NCBI GenBank assembly: GCA_001662655.1
Contig: KV460217.1
DNA: 64,000 bases
Direction: 5' to 3' (one strand)
DNA from: Pseudogymnoascus verrucosus
Lineage: Eukaryota
Position 1 is the first letter of the stretch, and each line of letters begins with the position of its first letter. Position numbers and translations under genes: made by a program. The notes under the pieces were generated by a model. The model saw nothing but the letters and a program-made list of their open reading frames with translations. It was not told the origin of the DNA and made no database searches. Positions 13,118 through 24,320 of this stretch are shown here, piece after piece.

Positions 13118-15697
13118 ATGGCTACTGCTGGGCAAATTAAACTTCGTGGGCGCCCAGCGCATACGGAGGGACCGACATATTGTACATATACCCCTGATGG
13201 GAGCAAATTGGTTACCGTGGGAAGCAACAATACTATCCGCATCTACACGTATATGAGCGATGGCGAACCTACGAACATTGATGATTGCCAGGAGCAGAAC
13301 CTGGGTGTTACTGCGGCGGTAGGTTGATATTATTGCTTCTGGAGCGAACTATACTGATTATTTGTGCAGAAAGACTTCTTCATAGCCGGCTCTGAAGATG
13401 GGACAGTTAGCATGTACTCTATGCTCACCAACGCCTTCGATAAATTCCTCGTCCGGTGCACATTGCCAATCCGAGATGTCAAACTCTCTCCCGACCAAAG
13501 CTGGGTTGCAGTGGCAAGTGACGAGCTCACCGTGAAGATTGTGAAGGTCTCGGACCCGAATACCTGCATCTATTTGAGAGACCAAGGGAAACCCGTCAAG
13601 CATTTGTCATATCACCCCAGTGGAAAATACATTGGACTGTCATGTACGGATGGAGTAGTCTATATTTACAAGCTATCGACCGAGGAGCCGGAACTTGTTA
13701 CGAAAATCGACGGTGTTATTCGCAACGTTGACACGGACTCTGAAATCAGCTCGAGGGTTGCATGGCACCCCAATGGCACAGCATTTGCTGCGCCTACAGC
13801 CACAAGAGATATCCAGATAGTTTCGACAAGCGACTGGAAAGTGCAAGGGACATTCACGAATGGACATATGGGAGACGTCACAGCTTTGGCTTGGTCACCG
13901 AACGGATCCATACTTGCTACTGCTGGAAAGGACAGAACGATTCTGCTCTGGAACACTAAAACCCAGAAAGTAATCGCCAGGCATGATTATGCCAACGTCA
14001 TGGATTTGGCATGGCACCCGCGGCATAATCTACTCTCATTCTCCAACACCGATGGTGAGATTTATATCCATTATGATATTGTACCCGAAGAGCATGCTGG
14101 TCTCCTGGAACTCGGACTCCAACCTTCGCCAGGAGAACGTACTGGTGCTCCACGCCTAGGGGAGATTTCAGCAAATATCCAGAGGCAAAATGGCCACTCC
14201 AAAACGGACATGCCACTCCGCCCTTTCCGCGGAGGGACACCGGATACTGTCGATGACATTCTCGGTTCTGTGATGGGCGGCGACGATGACTTTATAGAAG
14301 ACGATGACGGAGCTGGGTACGCCTCTGGGCTGAACTACAATGGTAAACGGCCAGCGGGTATACTGGACGACGATGCCCACTGGGACAAGCGTCAAGCCAT
14401 CAGTTCCATTTGGCAACCTCGCACACACGCTGCATTTCAACCAGGAGCTACGCCCTGGCAGGGCGACCGCAAATACCTCTGCCTTAACCTCCTCGGGTTC
14501 GTCTGGACTGTCAACCAAGACACCCACCACACCGTGACCGTCGAGTTCTATGACCGCGACTTCCAGCGCGACTTTCACTTCACCGACACATTCCTCTACG
14601 ACAAAGCGTGCCTCTCCACCCACGGTACGCTCTTCTCAGCACAACCCCACGACGATGTCGACGCAACCCTCTTCTACCGCCCCCATGAAACCTGGACAGA
14701 GCGCTCAGACTGGCGCACCACCCTCCCCAAAGGCGAGAGCATCACCGCTATCTCTCTCTCCGAATCCTTCATCACTGTCACAACATCCGCAAACTACATC
14801 CGCGTTTTCACCCTCTTCCTAACCCCCTACCGCGTCTACCGCCAGAAGTCCTCCCCAGCAGTCACCTGCGCCTCCTGGCGCGACTACGTCCTGACAATGG
14901 GCAATGGCCCCGTCGGCGCTGATGGCAGCACTACTCTACTCTACAGCATTGACAACGTCAAGCGCGACGAAACCTGCCAGTCTGAGGATGTGGTAGCCCT
15001 GCCCCCAGGGGCAACCGTTAAATCAGTCTTCTTCTCCGACTCTGGCGACCCATGCATCTATGACTCCACCGGCACGCTTCTTACCCTGGTCCACTGGCGC
15101 ACACCCTCGCAAGGTCGCTGGGTGCCTCTCCTCGACACCAAGCTGCTTGCTCGTCTCGCGTCGGGCCGAAAGACGGAGAGCTACTGGCCTGTGGCTGTCG
15201 CGGATGGGAAGTTCCACTGTATCATTCTTAAGGGCCAGGATAAGCATCCGTACTTCCCCAAGCCACTGCTTTCCGAGTTCGACTTCGCCATCCCGATCTC
15301 GTCGCGCGTCGTGAATGAGGAAGATGAGGAGGTAGCGAACGGGCAAACAGAGAAGGATAAGCTTGAGGAGGCGTTTGTGAGGAACAACCTCCTCTCGAGC
15401 TTGTTGGGTGATCTGCTGGAAGCAACTCATTCAACGCATTCACAGCGCACTGAGCTGGCGAGGCGGGATGTGGAGGTTGATAAGACGCTGTTGCAGTTGT
15501 TGGCGGTGGAGTGTAGGGAGGGTGAGGAGAGGGGCATGAAGGCGCTTGAGTTGGTGGGGTTGATGAAGGATCAGACGGGGAGGATGATGGAGGCCGCGGT
15601 GAAGGTCGCGGAGAGATATGAGAGGAGGGTGTTGGGAGAGAAGATCCGGGAAGTGGCTGAGAAAAGGCTGAGGGGAGATGATGATGAGGATATGTAA
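13118..15697 (+). CDS. CTF4: Replisome/cohesion factor Ctf4/Mcl1/SepB (N-terminal WD40 plus Mcl1-mid domain)
   Basis: ATG 13118; intron 13319-13369 joins in frame; WD40 repeats then FQPGATP..RKYLCLNLLGFVWTV..HHTVTVEFYD..DFHFTD, typical of the family. Confidence 0.92.
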
Positions 15698-16162
15698 TGT
15701 GCGAACCGTCTCATCGATGGCGAGGGATGGAGTTGGGGCGTGGAATGGGGTTGCTTATTATACGCATGATGACATTGTCTGGGTTATTGGATGAGACTGG
15801 ATACCTGTATGATGCGAGCGAGCAAGAATATTGATGACCAAACCGATAGAAAGTAATGAAATGGATTTGATATCTACGAGCTCACTCATAAGTTTGTTTG
15901 TTGGTGGTTTGTGGGGGATTTTAAGAAAGTGTGATGTGTCTATCCATCTCTCTTGCATTGTAACAACTACAGATCTCGACTTTTCGCCTTAGTCTTACTA
16001 TTTGAAGTCTATTATAGCTATCTGTTTGGGAAGACAGTTAACACATCATCTTGAACCAAAAAACACGAAGCATCGCCACGGGATTTTATCCGAGCAAGTT
16101 GGAATCATAATGTTTAGCTCCTATAACCTTATTCTCTTCCACATTGCGAAAGTAGGCGCGGT

Positions 16163-16257
16163 ACTGAGAAGGCGGTGGTGGTGAGAAGAGTACGGTGAGA
16201 AGAGTGCGGCGACCGAGAAGGGTGCGGTGAGAAGAGTGTATCGGCGGCGAGAATCGT
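16163..16257. repeat. Degenerate minisatellite, ~14-bp unit CGGTGAGAAGAGTG, about 5-6 copies
   Basis: GGTGAGAAGAGT occurs three times exactly, plus variants (CCGAGAAGGGTG, GGCGAGAATCGTG). Confidence 0.7.
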
Positions 16258-17157
16258 GACGGGTGCATATTTGTTTGTTTCCTTGTGGTCGGCGAACCCG
16301 AGATAAGATAGGTGTGATATATGAGAAAGTCTCACGCATTAGACGTTCCCAAAGCTTCATCCGCCCACTTGCGAAGTTGAGCCAAAAATGTTCAAGTCCT
16401 TCAGCCGAGAACATACCACACACATTTCCTTAACTTGAATCCTGAAGTCTCCGTCACTCCGCCAGCGTGCTTGCATCGACTACGGCGCTATATCAAACAC
16501 ATGCGCATTAAACCCAGCGTCTGACTTGCATTAGGCACCCCCCACATAATAGGTGAGTTACCTAGATCAACCCCTGTAAACGTGGGAATCACGAGTTGTC
16601 CCAGTCCCTGAAGTAAAACAGGCAGCCACCGCTTGTCTATCACATACAGTCTAGTCACAAAAAAACGAGTAGTCAAAGCAAAGTATTCACCAGTCTCCCA
16701 TTCTTGCCTATCGGGAAACTAAGGAACCGGTCGAAAAAAAAAAGGAAAACCAGGCGCAACCTAACAAAACAACAACGCAGCTCTGCCAGGGAACAAAAAA
16801 AGGGGGGGGGCATGTACCACATCAAAAATCAGGAAAAAAGATCCCCTATCCACGCCTATTGCACAATCCAGCTCTCCTCTACCCATCCCTGAAAACAAAG
16901 CCCTTCGGGAGACAAAGAAAAGTCAAGCATCGCCGTGGGACTAACTGCGGAAAGCCACATTCATGGGCGAAATCAACCTGGCCCTCTCCTCCCGTCTCGT
17001 CATCCATTATTAAGGTAGCCTGATCCGGGGTTGCGTCGATGCGGGGTCGGACACGAACGCGATTCTAATGCGAGACGACGAAAAAAACTGGAAATTCCAT
17101 GGTGTAAACAAGTCTGCAGGGGCCGATGAATGTATGTAACGCGTCGAGAAGAAGTAT

Positions 17158-18200
17158 TTAACAGCAGCCGCCAGCGGACCCTGACTGTACTCCTTGCCCG
17201 CCGGTGACTTGCACGGTAGGCTTGTTGTTCGCGGTCGTCGTGCCCATGCGCTCCTTGATCTGGCGGGCCATTGTGAGGAAGGCTTGCTCGACGTTGCTGG
17301 CGTTCTTGGCGGAGGTCTCGAGGAAGGGGATGCCCAGTGAGTCGGCGAATTCCTGGGGGCCAGATGTTAGTTGACTCTTTGTTCTAATCGGGGTCTGTGG
17401 CAGATGACCACAGTGTGCAGGGACTGTCATGTGACAGCGTCACCTGGAGGCTTCATACCTTGGCAACTGTGTACTCGACGACCTTCTTGTCCGACATATC
17501 GCTCTTGTTGCCTACAAGGAGCTTGTTGACACCCTCTGTGGCGTATCTGTCAATCTCCTGCAGCCACTGCTTAACGTTGTTGAAGGAATCCATATCGGTG
17601 ACATCGTAGACGACGCAGATGCCGTGTGCGCCACGGTAATAGGAAGATGTGATGGTCCTGAAACGCTCTTGGCCCGCGGTATCCCACTGTATCATTATGT
17701 TAGCGCCCGGTTGCCTGTATATTTGGTGGGGTGCCTGCGAGGGGTCATACAATCTGTAGCTTCACGGTCTTGCCATCTAACTCAATCGTCCTGATTTTCT
17801 GTCGTTCGTCAGCCACCGTTTCAAGAGCCTCGGCATGTAGCAACGTACGAAGTCAACACCGATGGTGGAGATGTAGGACTCAGTGTAGGTGTCGTCTGCG
17901 AATCGCAGGAGTAAACAGGACTTTCCAACACCAGAGTCTCCGATAAGGAGGAGCTTGAAGAGGTAATCGTATCTGGAAGGATCCACGTCAGCCTCCGTAT
18001 GTTGGGGACGATATGCCCAGGGTCTAGCAGTTGTCGCCATCTTGCTACGATTGTGATGCTGAGATGGTTGTAATAGGGAGTGGTGTATACACTATGGTGC
18101 GAACAAAAGTCAGTCGAACGGTTCCAATAATCTTTATATGGCCGAGTCTGGAATCAGGCAGGGCTGGAGGGTGGAGCTGAACGTACTACTCTGGATTCAT
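17158..18200 (-). CDS. ypt1: Rab1/Ypt1 small GTPase (201 aa)
   Basis: Exons 18200-18190, 17972-17849, 17798-17751, 17686-17459, 17352-17158 total 606 nt: [43 protein letters not shown]. Confidence 0.96.
17973..18189 (-). other. Complex first intervening sequence of ypt1: predicted [D3,4] spliceosomal twin intron (95-nt internal intron 18186-18092 inside the donor of a 122-nt external intron)
   Basis: Minus strand reads GA|GTA[GTACGT..ACTGAC TTTTGTTCGCACCATAG]TGT..GCTGAC GTGGATCCTTCCAG|ATAC; excising the bracket recreates the donor GTATGT. Confidence 0.8.
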
Positions 18201-18858
18201 GATGGCGGATTATTTGCAGAAGATAATAAAATGGGGTTGTATGGAAGGACGTAAAGGCGTCTGCGGAAGAAGTTGTCTTTGTTGTGAAGTTGCGGAAAGT
18301 GGGTTGAAGGCAGCAACAGATTCTGTGGTCTGGGTCTGGAGATGGAGAGATGGAGGAGGCGGAGGCTTACCAGAAAGACAGACTGGTCTGTCTGCCGCGC
18401 GAGGAGTCGTTTAAGAGGCGCGCTGACAGGGGACACACGACAAATGGGGCAGTCTAAGCGAGTGTTATCTCCATTTAGCGCCGGTATCATCAAAGCTGCG
18501 TCATCACGGGAAAAGTTTGGGGGGCTGTGCCAACGGCGAATAAATGTAAACAAACCGATGTAAACATGAGTGAATGCGAGATATATTGAATATGAATGTA
18601 ACTAATTTATACAGTTTGTATTCATTCTTGTAGATAAAGCGCATTACAGCAATCCAAATGTTATGACGCCTTTATTCCGCAGTTTGGTTTAGTGGCGGCT
18701 CTATGATAGCGATTAGCGAAATCCTGCTCCTCCCCCAAGGTCTCCCTCCACCACGAAGCTTCTATCCTCAGCACAACAAATATCTGTACTCATGCGATAA
18801 CCACCATCACTTTCAATGGCTCTATGTCTAGCATAGGCTTCAATCGAACGCCAGGCTG

Positions 18859-19712
18859 ATGTCTTCCACGCGCGTTGTGCTCCGTCGCAACGGCCCCGCT
18901 CTTCGCAACCTACAGCTCCTTAGACCGTCATCCTTATCTGCCCAGCAAGTCTGCGCGCGCAACTATGCCGCCGTCGTAACACCGTCCATAACACCCACAA
19001 CACCATTCTCGGGTTCATACCCACTTCCTCAGCCCGAAGGCGGCGGAAAAGACTACAAGCCCCCCGATGAGCGCACCCTCAAGCTAGGCAAGAGTACGTT
19101 GCATCCCCATCCCTCACTCCCTCAACTGTGTACAATCGCTAACCTCTCCTCGCAGCCCTACGCACACTCCAACCCCTCCTCCCCTCCCTCCTCCTCACGC
19201 CCCTCCCAACTGCCATCCTCTCCCCCCAAATAACACTCCACCTCTTCCCCTCGACCCACCCCCACCTCCCCGCCGTCCACGGCCGCGTCGCCTACATCGC
19301 CGCCGTCTGGACGTCCCCCATCGCCTGGGGCCGTGTTCCCATAATCGGCAACGTGCGTCTCGAGATCCTGTCCGAGCGAATGGTGAAGTCCCCCAGCCCC
19401 GCGGGATTCGATCCTACCAGCGTAGCCCCGCGCGAGCAGCTGGTCGTGCGATGGCGAACGATTGGCAAGAAGATCGGGGGAGGGGACAAGGTTGCAACGA
19501 GGGCGGAGGATGAGTTTACGGGGTTGTTTATTTTTCAGTTTGATGAAGAGGGGAGGATTGTGAAGCATGTTATTGAGCATGTGCAGGAGGGGGGGAATTG
19601 GGAGAAGGGGGTTGGGGCGAGGGTGGTGGGGTTGACGGATTGGTTGTTGGGGGGGAGGAATAAGGAGCCGGAGGGGTCGTTGGCGCCGTGTTGTTCGACG
19701 GTGGGGAATTAG
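18859..19712 (+). CDS. Probable mitochondrial protein (MMU163/Mug163-like family)
   Basis: Arg/Ser-rich presequence-like N-terminus; intron 19094-19155 restores the frame PPDERTLKLGKTLRTL..LHLFPSTHPHLP..AWGRVP..FTGLFIFQFDEEGRI. Family name from recall. Confidence 0.7.
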
Positions 19713-20669
19713 ATGGTGAGAGAGAGGGGAGTAGATGGGGCGGGTGGATTTGTATGATTGAAGACGGACAAGCGCCACGACGACCGCAGGCTTGATGTTT
19801 TGATATGGGGTTTTTTTGGGGGAATGGGGTCTTGGGAAAGGGTTGGCATACCTGGTTTTTGCGCTGTCGTTTCTGTACACGTACTGTATATATTATAAAC
19901 ACTCCTCACACACTAGCTGGCAGCATTATTGAAACAAGAAGCATATTGACTAATAATTGCCTCAGAGGTACCATCTGCATCGCTGGCAAATTTGCAGGAC
20001 ACTGAGACATTTTCACTCGCCCATCAAGCATCATATCCGCGTAGGGTACCATCACTTCCACATATCCCTTGGCATGCAGATATATCACTACTCACTGCAG
20101 CTGAACCTTTCCACGAAAATATGACAAAAACGGTATACGAACGAAGCAAACAAGTCATAAAATTTCCTGGGTATAAACTGCGCACACATCCACCAAACCC
20201 CCTCCCAATTAAGTTCCACCCCCCAAAAGGCAAAAAGCCGAAACGCTTCTCTCTATGAATACCGTGTATCCCCCGCGGCTCCTTTAACCGTCATCTTCTC
20301 ATCTTGTATGCCATCAGAGTCTCCGTATATACATCTCCATCTCCATCCCAGCAGTCGCCTGCCGTCTCATCCCTGCATAAATTCTTCAACATTCATGTTC
20401 TCATCCGTATCCAACAAAAGAAAATCCCTCACCCCTCCCCATCCGCGTATCTGCCGTTACCCCTCACCCCCTACGCAAGCACCCGCATCCTTCAGCGGCA
20501 ACCCGCATTGTCTCACAAGAGCGCCCTTCGCCGCGTGTCTCGGAGCTCCATAACTGTCAGTCAGGCCAGAATCCCGGCGGTGCAACACTACCACCCCTCC
20601 GCGCCATGGAAGGAGCAGGGCAGCTGCCGCTGCTGCGCCTCCACTGTATGTGTCGCGCGCATCGCTCGC

Positions 20670-23045
20670 TCATATGATATTAGCGATGCTGATTCGGTCC
20701 GTCGTCGTCCTCTGCACCTCCCTCTCATCCCTCCGCGGCCCAGCCGGAGAAGTATACGCTGCCCCCGTTCCAGCCTGCGGGGGGAAACGATCCCTCTCAT
20801 CATCGTCCCGCGCGAGTATGCCGACGAGGTACTCCACTCTCTCCCAGCCACCCCAGTCATTCATCTCGCTGTCCGTGAGACTCCCCTTCATGGTCCCGTT
20901 AAACACGCCCTCCCTGTCGTCGCCGGGGAATCCAGCCGTAGCGCGGGAGTTTAAGGCCATCCCCGTTTCGCTACCCTGCCAGACCCAGCCACCGTCTGTG
21001 GTGGCTTGGATGTCGCCGCTGACGTAGGCAACGATTTCCTCATCAGCCATGTCGCGCGGTCGTGCGCCTGCGCGGCGCCGCTCGAGCAGCGTGGTGAGGA
21101 AGAAGACGAGGTTGCGGCCGCATGCTATGTTGGCGTCGCGGTTTCGGCCGATGGAGGCGGATATGCGGACGCAGGTTAGTGCGGCGTCGAAGTGTGCGCA
21201 GAAGAGGAGGACGAGGGTGCAGCGCCAGATGTGCGTTGTGAGCATCGTGCTGGCTGTCGCGCCGAGGAGGGAGGGTTGGGTGTGGTAAGGCGGGTTTGGG
21301 GAGCGGGTTGGGGCACTGGCGCGGGCGAGGAGGTGGGTCGTGTCGAGGGCGATGCGGAGGCATTGTTCTATTGCGTTTGTGCGGATGTCAGGGGCGCAGG
21401 AAGTGGAGAGATTGTGGCGGTGTAGGATTATGCGTGTATTCATTAGATAGATGATAGGAGAGAGCGAACACGGATCGAGGGGTTCGCGGGACTCGAGGCT
21501 GAAAGGGGCCGGGAAAGCAGAGAGGCAGGCGCGGAAGTGGGTATCGAATGTTGCGAGGGTGGTGAGGGCGATGGTGGGACTCTTGATGGTTTTGCGGAGC
21601 TGGGAGATGCTGCGGACGACGTGGATGGTGGGGAGGAGGAGGTGGGTGTGCGGGTTTGCGCCGTTGGGGGCGTGCATGCCGTCGTCGCGGATGTAGTGGT
21701 CGTCGATTGCTGCTGGTAGGGCGACGTCGCAGTCAGCGTCTTCGATGAGGAGGGGGCGGCCCATTTCGACGGAGAGGAGTCGATCCCAGGCGTATATCGA
21801 CCACCATACTCTCCTTCTCATCTCGCCCTCGATGAGAGGCCATGGTCCTGTGTTCATGTGTAGACCGATGTCTTGCGCTATTCTGGTGGCGACTCCTAGC
21901 CATGTCCATGCTGCGGACTTGAGATTCACTTCTGTGAGGAAGATGCTTGTTAATAGTGCTCCCTTGGCATGGTCGATGGTAAACTCGTCGTTCCATAGAT
22001 CGGTCAGCATTCGTGACATCTCGATATACTCCTTTCCCTTGTGAGGCCGTTGAATGCTAGGCTCTGTGCTGAAGACAACACCAACGGCGAGCACTGAGAA
22101 GAATAGTGAGACCCATGCCGTCGGTGTCCGTTCCAACGTACCAATTCGGTAGGCGTCCTCATACTCTTGCCTAAACGTCGGCCAATGCAAGAGGGGAATG
22201 ACGGTATGAACCGAGGCATAATAGGATTCCAGAAGGTGATCTGCAACATGCCTGGCAGGCAACGGTGGCCTTTCCGGGTTGAAGTGTGCCTGGGAACCAA
22301 TTTGTCTATACGGCGCAGGTGGTTTAAATATGCCCCTTCCATAGTTCCGTAGATTCGTTCTCACTCTGGAGAGATCCGGTGGAGGGGGCGCCTGTTTCCT
22401 GCTCTTTGGATGCGACCCAACTTCAGGGAGCAGCAATGCTGTAGGAGTCAACTCATCCTGATCCACATCCGTCTGACCCTCCCGTATATTCATGAGCGAG
22501 CGCAAATGCGAATTCTCCCTTTTCACCTGCGATATTTGCTTCTCCAGATCCTGAACCTGCTTGATAGATGACATCCTCCTATTCGTCTCCTTCGTGAACT
22601 GGCACTTCACATTCCGGCTCGAGCATTCGGAGCAGCTCGTCGTCTCCGTAGCGTCACACTTGACCTTCCTCTCTCGACATGCGTCGCAGCTGGGATCCTT
22701 CCTTCGTTGCCGATACGCTCTCTTCTGAGCTTGGAAATTAGCATTAATCTGCGCCGATGGCAGACCTGGTGTGCCGCTCGACGACCCGGTCGAGGCAATT
22801 GAATCCATCCCCTGCGGCCCGGGCGACGCGGCGTTTGGGTGATAAGAATTCTGGTATGGGGCGTGGAAGTTCGCAGGCGGGAGGATGATATGGTGGGGAG
22901 GCTGCCCGCTCAATCGAGGCGATGGACCTGCGAGACCCCCGCCATATTGCTGGGCCTGCGGAGACGCCGCGGAGGACACAGAGGAGGAATCATATGAGGA
23001 CTGCATGGGCGACCGAGGGTAGTTGTTATGCATTGGAGCGGCCAT
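20670..23045 (-). CDS. Zn(II)2Cys6 transcription factor with fungal-specific TF (middle homology) domain
   Basis: CDACRERKVKCDATETTSCSECSSRNVKC binuclear cluster; AQDIGLH..RRRVWWSIYAWDR..GRP; first in-frame ATG at 23045; no intron needed. Confidence 0.92.
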   Translation of the reverse strand: MAAPMHNNYPRSPMQSSYDSSSVSSAASPQAQQYGGGLAGPSPRLSGQPPHHIILPPANFHAPYQNSYHPNAASPGPQGMDSIASTGSSSGTPGLPSAQINANFQAQKRAYRQRRKDPSCDACRERKVKCDATETTSCSECSSRNVKCQFTKETNRRMSSIKQVQDLEKQISQVKRENSHLRSLMNIREGQTDVDQDELTPTALLLPEVGSHPKSRKQAPPPPDLSRVRTNLRNYGRGIFKPPAPYRQIGSQAHFNPERPPLPARHVADHLLESYYASVHTVIPLLHWPTFRQEYEDAYRIGTLERTPTAWVSLFFSVLAVGVVFSTEPSIQRPHKGKEYIEMSRMLTDLWNDEFTIDHAKGALLTSIFLTEVNLKSAAWTWLGVATRIAQDIGLHMNTGPWPLIEGEMRRRVWWSIYAWDRLLSVEMGRPLLIEDADCDVALPAAIDDHYIRDDGMHAPNGANPHTHLLLPTIHVVRSISQLRKTIKSPTIALTTLATFDTHFRACLSAFPAPFSLESREPLDPCSLSPIIYLMNTRIILHRHNLSTSCAPDIRTNAIEQCLRIALDTTHLLARASAPTRSPNPPYHTQPSLLGATASTMLTTHIWRCTLVLLFCAHFDAALTCVRISASIGRNRDANIACGRNLVFFLTTLLERRRAGARPRDMADEEIVAYVSGDIQATTDGGWVWQGSETGMALNSRATAGFPGDDREGVFNGTMKGSLTDSEMNDWGGWERVEYLVGILARDDDERDRFPPQAGTGAAYTSPAGPRRDEREVQRTTTDRISIANII

Positions 23046-24276
23046 GCTATGCTTCAATGCGTTGGCGGGTGGGGCGACGGTGATAGTCGTCAGAAGAGCG
23101 ACGACGACGATCGACGAAAGAGGATATGTGAGCCTCGTCGCATCAACACACCAATGATTTGGAGCAATGAAAGGCCAATACTTTAATTCTTAGAATTTCC
23201 GCAGCGAGCCCGCGCGCCGGACGTGGGGAAATTCTCGGGAGCTAGAGGTCCGCGATTCAATGAACTCCCGTTAATAGAAGCCGCAGAAAGCAAGGCTAGC
23301 AACAAAGAGTGTCCGAAAAGCAAGGATTACTTTTCCGAAGAAAAAATAATCTAATAATTGGCTTCAGATGCTTTGTTAGGTGAAGAGAATTTTCAGGAAG
23401 GATTTTTTTCCAAGGCGGGATTGTGCGACGTCAAGGAATGGTAAAAGTCGCCCCTCGGGGTATTTGGATATCCGGCAAGGAAGAAGCCTTGGAAGAGAAA
23501 TGTGTGCACACACGCACCAAGTCGGGTGCACGCCGGAAGAGATGACCAGGAACCGGCGGCGAAGTTGCCGTTGATGTAACGGGCACGAGGGCAAAAAAAA
23601 AACCTGGGAGTTGTTGTTATAGTATACGTATATATGCAGGATATATGTATGTATAGACTTTATGTATCTGCGACAGGTTATTAAAAGATGGCCAACGGTA
23701 TATGGGTAGGGCCTTTTGAATCCCCACCAATTATTCACGGGGCCGATGGACGGGCACTTAAGAGGCATGTTGTAACAGCGTAACAGGCAAATAAAGAGGA
23801 TGTGAAAGAAGAGGCAGCCACGAATATCTTAACGAATCAGATATGAGTGAAGGATTGATGGGGGATGGAAGAATTGAGTAGTGGCCGAGGCTGGCTGATG
23901 GCTAGATGTTGGAGTATGACGGTGGTGGTGGCGGTGGTGGCATGGAAATAACCAGGCTTCGGGGATAGCGGTCGGTTTGATGTTAGGGAATGGCCACTTA
24001 AGGCGGTTTGTTGGTGGGTGGGAGGAAGAATAGTAAGTTTAAAGACAAGACAGGTGAAAAGGGCTTATTTGGACATGCATGGTATATGTATGGAGTAAGG
24101 ATGATGATGTATATGTATAGAGTATGTACATGGAGTATGCATGTCAGAACGAAGTACTCATCGGTCGTACGTAGTATGCATTTGGTATGGAGGTATGGAG
24201 TACCCCGCTGTCCACATTCCTCTAGAGAGTTAGTTTAGAAGAAAGAGGAGAGAGAGTAGAAGGAGGGTAGTAGTAG

Positions 24277-24320
24277 TACTCCATACTCCATACTCCATAC
24301 TCCATACCCATACCATACCA
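24277..24320. repeat. (TACTCCA)4 microsatellite with degenerate CCATA tail
   Basis: Four exact copies at 24277-24304. Confidence 0.8.

Noticed and set aside
17777..18040. Alternative Ypt1 N-terminus [10 protein letters not shown].. from the ORF track
   Set aside because: Lies inside the external intron; the conserved MNPE exon with good context exists at 18200.
18091..18091. 1-nt microexon between two ordinary introns in ypt1
   Set aside because: With either donor, adding the single T shifts the frame (ATA CGA...), and GTATAC is a poor donor; only the nested model gives MNPEYDY with all-canonical signals.
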